Shown: one piece after another, positions 17,978 through 26,946 of the stretch
Position numbering within the stretch: position 1 is the stretch's first letter
Layout: each line of letters starts with the position of its first letter
From: a virus
Strand: one strand, 5' to 3'
DNA: 64,000 nt
IMG/VR virus record: IMGVR_UViG_3300009408_000003
Span: 1 to 64,000 of that record
Position numbers and translations under genes: made by a program
Notes under the pieces: generated by a model
Databases searched by the model: none
The model's input: only the letters and a program-made list of their open reading frames with translations
What the model was told of the DNA's origin: nothing

Positions 17978-19669
17978 CTATTTTTTTGTGTCATCTATTG
18001 TAGATATTGTAGAAATGATAGATTTTAATGATACAGATTTAATATTTTCTGTAATTGATTGTATTGTATTTGCTAATTTGTTAGACCCGTTCTTTTTTAA
18101 ATCATTCGTGATTGCATCTATAATATCTTTTCCTGTCCATTGAGCTTTAGCAGATATAGTTGTTGCTATTTTTTCTGTTTTTTCGTCTGGATTTACATAA
18201 TCAGATCCAAATACAGATTTTTTTCTCCAATCGTTATAATTTGGACTAGAAACTCCACCTTTAGGACGTGATAACATTGGATCTTTTTCAAATTCTGGGT
18301 TGTTTTCCAATTTAGCTACCATTTTTCTAGCTTCTTCATCAAAATTAGCATCAACTAATGCAGAATATGCAATTTGTGCCATAGTTTTTTCATATTTTTC
18401 TTTGCCAAGTTTTTTTGGAGTAATACCTGTTTTTTGAATTAAAGAACTAGTAAATTTATTAATTTTTGGATTTCCAACACTAACATTATTATTAGTAGTT
18501 GCTGAACCTTGTTTTTTAAGTTGTGTATTAATATCTTTAATACGTTGATTATTAGCATCCATTTTTTGTTTAACCGCTCTTGAACTTGCAGTTTTTCCTG
18601 CTAATATATCTTGTTGTTTTATTAATTTCTTTTTTAATTTTAATAAATCATCGGTACTTTTAGTATCACTACTAGTATCAGCTTTCTTAGTAGCTACACC
18701 AATTTTTTCAGCAAATTTGTTAGCCATTGGAATAATATCTTTTGCATCTCTATCGATTACAATAACTTTCATATTTTTTGGCTTGCCAGTTTGAATTGCT
18801 CGTGATGTTATAGCAGCCCAACGATGATGACCATCTATTATATATCCATCTCTACTCACATATATAGGTGCGGTTATTCCTGAATTATTAGGATCTTTTT
18901 CTAAAGCTTTTGTCATACTTGCAACCTTAGTACCTATTAGTTCGTTTTGAGTGGCTTTTAGTGAGTCTGATGGTAATTCTGTTTGGTATGTTTTTATTCC
19001 GTTTGTTGCCAGCATTTTTCTAAATAATGGTTCAGTATCAACTTCTCCCGATTTATCCTTTTTCATTTTAGCAGCAATCGTGTTTGCTTCTGGTTTACCT
19101 TTAAATTGAGGCATTTCTGAACGAGGAATACCTAAATTGTTATCACAATATAAGTTAGTACCTGGTATAGTTATTTTACATAAATTATAGTTAGGTGCAG
19201 TTTTTCCTTTTGCACGTGCTTCTTTAGCTAGTTCATCAAGTTTATCAATTTTCATTGATATGATGTGTCGTTCTTTAGGTGAAATATCATCAATATCAGA
19301 TTTAGCATCAAATGTTTTTTTGTTAGCTTTAGGTAATAAATCTGTTATTTTAGTGGATGATACTTCTTTAGGTTTTGGAATATTTGTTATAGATTGACTA
19401 CTTTTGTTATCGGTTGAACTTGCGGATGTTGACTTATCAAATATATTTACTTTTGGTTTAGTACTAGTTGATGTAGTTGCTTTTTTATCTGTCTTTGGTT
19501 TATCTACCACGTAGTTACCGTGCTCATCCTTAATAAATGTTGGCGCATTAGCATCTGTTTCTTTACCCGTTTGTTTGTATCGTCCATGACCAACATGAGT
19601 ATATTTAGAGTCATCTGATTCATTTACTAAAAATGGTCGTAATGTTACTAATCCGCCTATTTTTATCAT
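17978..19669 (-). CDS. Mosaic protein with a ParB/Srx-like domain
   Basis: PIYVSRDGYIIDGHHRWAA, with NLGIPRSEMPQF upstream. The N-terminal YTHVGHGRYKQ module is shared with 30021..35762. Confidence 0.7.
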   Translation of the reverse strand: MIKIGGLVTLRPFLVNESDDSKYTHVGHGRYKQTGKETDANAPTFIKDEHGNYVVDKPKTDKKATTSTSTKPKVNIFDKSTSASSTDNKSSQSITNIPKPKEVSSTKITDLLPKANKKTFDAKSDIDDISPKERHIISMKIDKLDELAKEARAKGKTAPNYNLCKITIPGTNLYCDNNLGIPRSEMPQFKGKPEANTIAAKMKKDKSGEVDTEPLFRKMLATNGIKTYQTELPSDSLKATQNELIGTKVASMTKALEKDPNNSGITAPIYVSRDGYIIDGHHRWAAITSRAIQTGKPKNMKVIVIDRDAKDIIPMANKFAEKIGVATKKADTSSDTKSTDDLLKLKKKLIKQQDILAGKTASSRAVKQKMDANNQRIKDINTQLKKQGSATTNNNVSVGNPKINKFTSSLIQKTGITPKKLGKEKYEKTMAQIAYSALVDANFDEEARKMVAKLENNPEFEKDPMLSRPKGGVSSPNYNDWRKKSVFGSDYVNPDEKTEKIATTISAKAQWTGKDIIDAITNDLKKNGSNKLANTIQSITENIKSVSLKSIISTISTIDDTKK

Positions 19670-19707
19670 AATTTATTTTAATTTGTTAAGGTTTAATTTT
19701 ATTATAA

Positions 19708-20355
19708 TTATTTAAACCATTTAATACCTGTTTTATATTTTTTGTCAAATTTTTTTATTTCGTTAATTAAAAAATCTGCAGTTTGTGTTTCAGTTAATTT
19801 TTGTGGTATAAGTTTAGTTATTTTTTGTAAAGAACGTTCATCTCTAATAAAATAAGTTATTCCTTCATAATTACCTCTATAAATACCATTATGTATTGCA
19901 ACTTTTCCCATACGATTATCTACAAATAATTCAATAAGATTACCATATGAGTCTCTATTAACATCATATAATTTTTTTTCCAAAATTGATGCCAATTTTA
20001 TCATATAACCATTAGCTAATTTGTTACCTTGACTTGAAAGTTTTGCACCGATTGAATTATATTTTTGTTGAGCTGCATCTAATTCTTTTTTAGCTTTTAT
20101 TACTTCAGCATCTGTGTTTTTATATGAATCTATAATATCTGCAATTTTAGTTTCATTAAGTGAACTAGGATTGTTTCCTGTTATAATTGCTTTATGAGTA
20201 TATAAATCTAGTTTACCGTTTTCAGTAATTCTAACATCATATTGAGTTTTACGAATATCGGATATTCCTTTTGAAACGTGTGTTCCAACTTCTTTTTTAA
20301 CTGAACCTAGCTCAATTTTATTTTCTGCTAAATATTTTTTTATATCAAATCCCAT
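19708..20355 (-). CDS. Putative internal head protein with an MGFDIKKYLAENKI N-terminal tag
   Basis: First 14 aa are identical to 20359..20688; internal SLNE linker. Confidence 0.65.
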   Translation of the reverse strand: MGFDIKKYLAENKIELGSVKKEVGTHVSKGISDIRKTQYDVRITENGKLDLYTHKAIITGNNPSSLNETKIADIIDSYKNTDAEVIKAKKELDAAQQKYNSIGAKLSSQGNKLANGYMIKLASILEKKLYDVNRDSYGNLIELFVDNRMGKVAIHNGIYRGNYEGITYFIRDERSLQKITKLIPQKLTETQTADFLINEIKKFDKKYKTGIKWFK

Positions 20356-20373
20356 AATTTATTTTATTTTTAT
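20315..20373. repeat. 59-bp exact duplication of a gene start (second copy 20648..20706)
   Basis: ATTTTATTTTCTGCTAAATATTTTTTTATATCAAATCCCATAATTTATTTTATTTTTAT is present twice. Confidence 0.85.
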
Positions 20374-20688
20374 TTTATTAATATGTTGCAATGATGCCTT
20401 TATTTCAGCTAAATCTGATGATAATATTTTTACATATTCTCCGTCAAAATTTTCTTTATTATTTATACGTGCAGTTGTAAAAACTTTTATTAAATATTCA
20501 AGATTTTTTATGGTGTCTTCTTTTGCTAATTTTACGTTACCTATTCCTTTATTATTATCTATATCAGTAGCCGCTATTTGCAAATATGCTTCTTTTGGAA
20601 ATTTACTTCTATCTCCGGCTTCATACATATTATGCATGCCAGTCCTTATTTTATTTTCTGCTAAATATTTTTTTATATCAAATCCCAT
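20359..20688 (-). CDS. Putative internal head protein with an MGFDIKKYLAENKI N-terminal tag
   Basis: Same 14-aa start as the downstream gene; the rest is unrelated. Confidence 0.65.
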   Translation of the reverse strand: MGFDIKKYLAENKIRTGMHNMYEAGDRSKFPKEAYLQIAATDIDNNKGIGNVKLAKEDTIKNLEYLIKVFTTARINNKENFDGEYVKILSSDLAEIKASLQHINKIKIK

Positions 20689-20702
20689 AATTTATTTTAT
20701 TT

Positions 20703-21290
20703 TTATATTAATTCTTCTATTATTTCTCGCATTAATGATTGTGCCTTACAATATTTACTGCATACTATTGGTGTACCAAAAGTTTTTGATTCATTAACCG
20801 GTCTCATAAATGCACCTTGTGTTGACGGATTAGATACAAAATCCCAACTAATTAATTCAAAATCTTCGCCTACTCGTACTCCGCCTTCATTACGAGCAGT
20901 AACTGATCCCATTCCACGAGATGAAATTCCCAATAAAATACCAGCTCTTAATAATTCTTTTAAAATGTTTCCAGATGGGGTTGGTAATACTTCAATTGTA
21001 CCAACTAAATCATTTCCATCCCAATGAATTTCTCTAACGTTGTGTGATACGTTTTTTAGATTAATTACTGAACTGTCCGGGTGATCTAATTCACCTAAAG
21101 CGCGTCGTTCTTTAATTAATTGACCATATTTTACTGCTTCGCGTTCTAATACGCGTTTTGGATATACTCTTTCATTTTGATTTGGAGCATCTGCACGTTG
21201 TAAAACACCGCGAACAATAGTTCTACCGTGCGAATCTTCATTAAGTTGTCCTTTAAACAAACTTGTTTCTATTAGTAATTGTCTTTCCAT
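20703..21290 (-). CDS. Prohead protease (T4 gp21-like)
   Basis: NQNERVYP, ALGELDHP, VSH, GISSRGMGS and FELISWDFVSNPST. Confidence 0.92.
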   Translation of the reverse strand: MERQLLIETSLFKGQLNEDSHGRTIVRGVLQRADAPNQNERVYPKRVLEREAVKYGQLIKERRALGELDHPDSSVINLKNVSHNVREIHWDGNDLVGTIEVLPTPSGNILKELLRAGILLGISSRGMGSVTARNEGGVRVGEDFELISWDFVSNPSTQGAFMRPVNESKTFGTPIVCSKYCKAQSLMREIIEELI

Positions 21291-21346
21291 TTATTATATA
21301 AGTTCTATTTTTAAATTTAAATGAATATTCATTTCTTTTAATAAAA

Positions 21347-21523
21347 TTATCCTCCCCAACTTCTTCTTTTTTTGAATAAATCGAAAAATATTGCTGAAAC
21401 TTCCTTCCTAATTATTGAACGTATTTTTTCAATATCTTCTGAGTCGAGATTTTCATTAACTCTACCCCACTTAACATTTTCAATTTCTTCGTTTATTATT
21501 TTTATTATAGCAGATGTTTTCAT
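21347..21523 (-). CDS. Small head-region protein, 58 aa (not in the ORF track)
   Basis: MKTSAIIKIINEEIENVKWGRVNENLDSEDIEKIRSIIRKEVSAIFFDLFKKRRSWGG*; it accounts for the antisense ORF 21372..21647. Confidence 0.65.
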   Translation of the reverse strand: MKTSAIIKIINEEIENVKWGRVNENLDSEDIEKIRSIIRKEVSAIFFDLFKKRRSWGG

Positions 21524-21685
21524 ACATTACATTTTATTTTGTTGGTCTCGGATATTTCTTTTGCAATTAATTTTTAATTTTATTCCAAATTTCTGGTGTA
21601 AATTTAGGTGGTACTTGATTTTTTTGTCCAATATACAAAACGAATAACATCTGTTTTAGGATAGTTCCATCATTATTTAATACCT

Positions 21686-22588
21686 TTACCGTTTACCAAA
21701 ATCCTTTACAGTTTCATTTATAGGATACCAATTTTTACGACTTGACGGTGCAAGTGATTTCCAGATTTCTACTCCTTGTTTTTTTAATCCTGCTTTATTT
21801 ATTTTACGAATAATATTAGTAATAGTATCAAATTGTGCTTTACCAGCATTATATGCGCGATGATCATCTGAACGTTCATAATACCAATCAAATCGACTTA
21901 ATTCTTTTTTAAGTTGATTTAATAAATCAGAAGATGAATCTTCGTTTATATTTTCATCAATTGCATTAGGATATTTTGTTTTGCTTGCTAAATCTAATAA
22001 TTTCTGTATATCTTGCGGATTATTTCTATTATATTTATTCGCGTTTTTCTTATTTTTAAATATTGCTGCTACTTTTTTTCCATTATCATTAATCATGATA
22101 ATAATACCGTTTTTACCATAATATCGTTCATCAGAAATTGAAAGTTTATTGTTAGTATTTTCATTTATAGATTCGGATGTTCCTTTTGGCCAATGTTGTT
22201 TTGCACGAATTGCAAAAGTAATTTGATGTTCTTTTTTAGTTATTTTATCAGGAACATCTTGACCTTTATCTTGATATGTTTTACTTTGTTTTTTTAACGC
22301 AGTTAATTCAGATTTCAATTGTTCAATAGTTTTAGCAGAATTTTCTCCGGTTGATTTTATATCAGCATCACCTAACCATTTTTCATTAAGTTCATCTTTA
22401 GATTTCCATGCTGCGTTAATTTTATTGAAAAATCTGGGTTTTTCATCTTTACTCATTTCTGGAATACTTTTACCAGTTTTTGCTAAAGCTCGTTTGAAAA
22501 ATTCTTTATACTTATTATCAGAAGTTATAACTTCTCTAACTATTTCTTTTAATTTAGTTCTTGTAATTTTCATATTATTGTTTTCCAA
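21686..22588 (-). CDS. Mosaic head-associated protein
   Basis: MKITRTKLKEIVRE leader; modules separated by LNE, SESINE, DENINE and INE. Confidence 0.65.
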   Translation of the reverse strand: MENNNMKITRTKLKEIVREVITSDNKYKEFFKRALAKTGKSIPEMSKDEKPRFFNKINAAWKSKDELNEKWLGDADIKSTGENSAKTIEQLKSELTALKKQSKTYQDKGQDVPDKITKKEHQITFAIRAKQHWPKGTSESINENTNNKLSISDERYYGKNGIIIMINDNGKKVAAIFKNKKNANKYNRNNPQDIQKLLDLASKTKYPNAIDENINEDSSSDLLNQLKKELSRFDWYYERSDDHRAYNAGKAQFDTITNIIRKINKAGLKKQGVEIWKSLAPSSRKNWYPINETVKDFGKR

Positions 22589-22624
22589 CCTTAATTTTTT
22601 CGTTTATATCTATTGATTTCATAT

Positions 22625-24043
22625 TTATTTTTCAATTTCTTTTAAAGTTCTTGCAATATTTACAAGACGTTCCTTTATTTTATAAATATGTCTATTTGTT
22701 CGTTTCCAATAGGAATCTGATTCTAATTCATTAATATTCTTGATTTTATTATACCAACCTAGAAATTTTTCCACTTCTTGTAATTGGTTTTGTAAACCTT
22801 TTAATCCCATAGCAAGTTTTTTATGTGGAGATATGGATTTATCATTTTTTAAATTTAGCCACCTATTCACTTTAGGTGGTGCAACTTCTTTTATATTTTT
22901 TTTACCTAATTTTTTTAAAATTGAATTTACTGAATCGTTACCTTTAATTGTTAATATTCGTTTACCATTATAATATAAATCTTTATCAACTACATGCCAC
23001 ATTCCTTTTTTATAGATATTAAGTTCATGTCGTAATACAGTTTCTAGTGAAGTTGGTAATTTTGATTTTGGCCAAAACACTCCTTCTTTTATATTTTCAA
23101 AAATTACATTAAATCTATTATTTATTGATTCATCAACATTTGTTTCTTGCGGAACTGCATTAAATTTATATTTCATCCATGATACTGAATGACTGTTGTC
23201 AGACCAATCTAATGTCCATCTATTCGGATTCCATGAATTATGTTTATTTAATATTACAACAGCATCACCTAATTTAAATTCAATTTTATGATTATCAAAT
23301 GTAGTTTCAGCTATTGATTCATCTTCAACAGTTGCAAGTTTTGTATAATATTTTGGATCTTCAAATAAATGATCTAATGTAATTTCTTTAGCAAGATTTA
23401 TATCTGTTGTGTGTTCTATTTCAACTTTAATTCCTCGTTGAAATTCTTTTGTTAACTCATTAATATCATTATTATGCTTGCGTGCAATATCTCCAAGATT
23501 TAATCCTTTAGCTAAACCACCAGGAATTAAATCTTGAATTTCTTTTATTGAATGAGCTGTATTAGATTCATTAGCATTTTCTGCAAATACCAATAAATCT
23601 TTAGTACGTTTTATTAATGTTTCTTTTGAAATACCAAGTGAATCAGCAGTTACACTCAATAAAAAGTTATTTTTAAGAAAAGCTTTTACTTGGGGTTTAG
23701 TTGCGATTGCTGATTTAAAGTAAGTATGTGCTATATTATTAAGTTCTTTTGATGTAAGTTTTCCTTTAAAATACGCAGTCATCGCTTCACTTTTAGTATT
23801 ATAAGTTGCTTCACTTATATTATGTACATCATTACCAATAACTTCATAACCGGCTTGGGTAGAAACCGTTTTAGTTTTATCTTTTGATTTTTTAGAATTA
23901 TCTCCGAATACATTCGGAGTATTATACCCAGCAACAGCGCCTGTAGTTGTTTCTTCTAATTCTTCATCTTTCTTAATTTCAAGAAATACTTCATCGATTA
24001 TTTCATCAATATATTTAGACAGTTTTTTTCTTTTTTGCATCAT
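22625..24043 (-). CDS. Mosaic head-associated protein containing a DUF5661-like module
   Basis: IPGGLAKG...GIKVEIEH...ITLDHLFEDPKYYTKL, with many NES/DES/IKE linkers. Confidence 0.7.
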   Translation of the reverse strand: MMQKRKKLSKYIDEIIDEVFLEIKKDEELEETTTGAVAGYNTPNVFGDNSKKSKDKTKTVSTQAGYEVIGNDVHNISEATYNTKSEAMTAYFKGKLTSKELNNIAHTYFKSAIATKPQVKAFLKNNFLLSVTADSLGISKETLIKRTKDLLVFAENANESNTAHSIKEIQDLIPGGLAKGLNLGDIARKHNNDINELTKEFQRGIKVEIEHTTDINLAKEITLDHLFEDPKYYTKLATVEDESIAETTFDNHKIEFKLGDAVVILNKHNSWNPNRWTLDWSDNSHSVSWMKYKFNAVPQETNVDESINNRFNVIFENIKEGVFWPKSKLPTSLETVLRHELNIYKKGMWHVVDKDLYYNGKRILTIKGNDSVNSILKKLGKKNIKEVAPPKVNRWLNLKNDKSISPHKKLAMGLKGLQNQLQEVEKFLGWYNKIKNINELESDSYWKRTNRHIYKIKERLVNIARTLKEIEK

Positions 24044-24899
24044 TGATTTCCTTAATTAGTTCATACGATAACATTAACGCAGAAACGTATGAATCAGTTA
24101 TTTTTTTACCAATCTTTTGTTTTTTTAATACATTAATAGTTTCTTTTAATTTAATTTTGGTTACTGTATCACTTATGCTAGAATACATATTGTATAATTC
24201 AGTTATTACATTTTTAAGTTGTTTATTATAATATTCTCCGAATTTAGACGTATTATTCACATTATTTATGTATTCACGTAATAATGATTTTTGCAAAACA
24301 TTTAAATTTGTATATTTTTTATTAAAACTTTCAACCAAAATCTTATATGTAAGTAATCTTAAATCTTTTGTTTGGTGTTTATATGTTTCAAACACCATAT
24401 CAGAAATTGGTTTAGCTGATTTAGCAGGGTTAGATGCAATGTGTTCTACTAATGTATATTTTGAATTAAATACATCTTGAATATTTGATATATCATTCTT
24501 TTTTGCTTCAAATAATTTATTAATCGATGCCAATACTTTATAATTTGTTACTGGTGATGATAAAAATTGAGAAATATCAAAATTTTCTTTGATAGCTTTT
24601 ATAAGTTTATATTTTTCCCTTGCCAATTTATCTTCATTTATTTTGCTTCGGGCATCTAATATAGCATCAATAAATTTTTCAGCTTTTGTTTCTGAATTAT
24701 ATTTTTCATTTATTAATAATGTATATAGTTTTAATTCTTTCGCTAGTTGAGTTTTATTACCAAAAAATTCTTGTATTATTTTTTTAGCTTTTTCTTCTGG
24801 ACTATTATTTAAGATTTCTAGTGTGATTTGTCTAGTTAACAATTCAAAAAGAAATCCTGTATTTTTAAATTTCGAATGGCGAATCTTTGATTTTTTCAT
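24015..24899 (-). CDS. Conserved head-region protein (prohead core-like)
   Basis: KHS-type start IRHSKFKNTGFLFELLTRQIT; first gene after the portal. Confidence 0.65.
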   Translation of the reverse strand: MKKSKIRHSKFKNTGFLFELLTRQITLEILNNSPEEKAKKIIQEFFGNKTQLAKELKLYTLLINEKYNSETKAEKFIDAILDARSKINEDKLAREKYKLIKAIKENFDISQFLSSPVTNYKVLASINKLFEAKKNDISNIQDVFNSKYTLVEHIASNPAKSAKPISDMVFETYKHQTKDLRLLTYKILVESFNKKYTNLNVLQKSLLREYINNVNNTSKFGEYYNKQLKNVITELYNMYSSISDTVTKIKLKETINVLKKQKIGKKITDSYVSALMLSYELIKEINDAKKKKTV

Positions 24900-25164
24900 A
24901 TTTGTTTTGTATAAATCTGCGCAATAGAAAATTTTTTGATTTCCTTTGACTAATTATATCTTTTTTTTCTTAATTTAGTGTATTTACAATAATATTTTTT
25001 ACCTTTTTTTATAAACTTCGTATTTTGATATATTCAAAAACTCATATATAAATATAAAGTTAAAAACTTTAAGTTAATTTTTTAGATTATCTAATATTAA
25101 TATGATTTAACATTATAATATATGTATCAATCTTATCTATATTATCATACAACTTAAATATGAT

Positions 25165-26892
25165 TTAATTATCATTAAGAATGTTAGATTCGTCTAGCAT
25201 ATTGTGTTGCTCACGTATAAGTTTAAATTTAGCTGATATTCCATTAATATATTTAGTAACTTGTTGTTCAGATTGGCGACCTGTAACTACTGATTGTCGT
25301 TCTTTGTTGCCCAATGGATCTCTACCGTATGGATGTTTATCTTTTCCATAAGTATTACCTTCGCGTGGGCGACCGCCAGTATCTTTTAACTCTTGACTTA
25401 ATTTATTTAAACTATCTTCTACATCAGTAGGTTTAGCCTGTTTGGCAGGGTCTATTCCATTACTTTGAATTGATTCTTGTCTAAATTTATCTTTTAAATC
25501 TTCGATAACTTTAGCACTTTCTAATTTACGTTCGTCTTTACTTAATTTAAAAATATTATCATATACCCAATCTTTTGAAAGCATATTTAAATCTTTAATA
25601 TCAGATGCTAATCTGATTTTTTCAGACCAAAGATTTACTTTTTCTTGTTCGTAAATTGTTGATGGATTAACTAATTGTAAATCAAAATCAGTTATTTCAT
25701 TACGAGGGATTCCATGTGAAAATAGATGAATTACACCAATTTTTGCTAATTCAGAAACAACTGTTCTTTGTATTCTATCGATTGTTCTTGCAAATCGTAC
25801 ATCTTCTGCAGCTAATGTTGCTTTTCCATTTACTTGTTCTTCATATCCTAAATATGCTTTTGGTATTTTTAATGCTGCAAATAATTTTGCTTTTAAATAA
25901 TCAATATCTTCAACTGCACTATATTCTAATCCACTTATATTTTCAATACTTGTACCACTATCTGAACCACGTACTGGTAAATAAAAATCTTCAGTAATAT
26001 TTTGCATATTATATTTTAAATTATAATCACCTGTATTTTTATCCAAAAATGGAACTTTTTTCATTTTATTAATAATACGTTGCATATAATTATCAACCTC
26101 ATTAGGTGTGATATTACCAATATCTATTTTAAATACACGTTTTTCTGGCGCTCTAATGATACGGTTTATTAACATAGCATCTTCCATTAATGATAATTGT
26201 TTCCATAATCGTCTACCATTTTCAATCATAGCTTTTCCGTATGGTAACCAATTGGTATCTGAAAGCAATCTAAAATGTGCCATTTCTGAATTATCATATT
26301 CACCTTTCATTAAAGGGTCATTTTCAACTTTAAATTTTACTGCGTTTGGAAAGTGTGGATCAAACCCTTCTATTCGTTCAGTATTATATACAGATTGAGG
26401 TATCACATTCACAACTCCTTTACCTTCTGCAATTTCTAAAGCAAGAAATAAATCGCCATATTTACAAAGATTTCGTACCCATGGCCATAAATTAAATTCA
26501 ATATTTAAAACATCATAATATAAATTATTTAATAATTCTCGGATTTTTGGATTATCAGAACGAATAACAAGAGAATCGCCTGCCTCATTTTTTAATGTAG
26601 ATTCATCAGCATATATATCCAATGCAGATGCTATTATTGGATCATTATCCATTGCATCAAAATCTCGAAATACTTCTCTACGTACTTGCTGATAGGCCAT
26701 TGATTGTGCTCCACCAGCTTGTTCATAGAATGATTTTTGAATTTTTGTATATCTATCACGCAACCCTGATAAATTTGTTTGTTGTTTATTATCACTATCA
26801 AAAACATTACGATTACCGTTTTTATCAATCGTTACTACTGCATTTGCTCTAAATAGTTTTCTTAATCTTGTAAAAAAGCCTGTATTTGCCAT
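25165..26892 (-). CDS. Portal protein (T4 gp20-like)
   Basis: IASALDIYADE, LSLMEDAMLINRIIRAPEKRVFKIDIGN, EDFYLPVRG and ALKIPKAYL. Confidence 0.93.
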   Translation of the reverse strand: MANTGFFTRLRKLFRANAVVTIDKNGNRNVFDSDNKQQTNLSGLRDRYTKIQKSFYEQAGGAQSMAYQQVRREVFRDFDAMDNDPIIASALDIYADESTLKNEAGDSLVIRSDNPKIRELLNNLYYDVLNIEFNLWPWVRNLCKYGDLFLALEIAEGKGVVNVIPQSVYNTERIEGFDPHFPNAVKFKVENDPLMKGEYDNSEMAHFRLLSDTNWLPYGKAMIENGRRLWKQLSLMEDAMLINRIIRAPEKRVFKIDIGNITPNEVDNYMQRIINKMKKVPFLDKNTGDYNLKYNMQNITEDFYLPVRGSDSGTSIENISGLEYSAVEDIDYLKAKLFAALKIPKAYLGYEEQVNGKATLAAEDVRFARTIDRIQRTVVSELAKIGVIHLFSHGIPRNEITDFDLQLVNPSTIYEQEKVNLWSEKIRLASDIKDLNMLSKDWVYDNIFKLSKDERKLESAKVIEDLKDKFRQESIQSNGIDPAKQAKPTDVEDSLNKLSQELKDTGGRPREGNTYGKDKHPYGRDPLGNKERQSVVTGRQSEQQVTKYINGISAKFKLIREQHNMLDESNILNDN

Positions 26893-26946
26893 TTTTATTT
26901 GAATTTATTAATATTTTGTGTTATAATTATAAATATATATTTTTTT

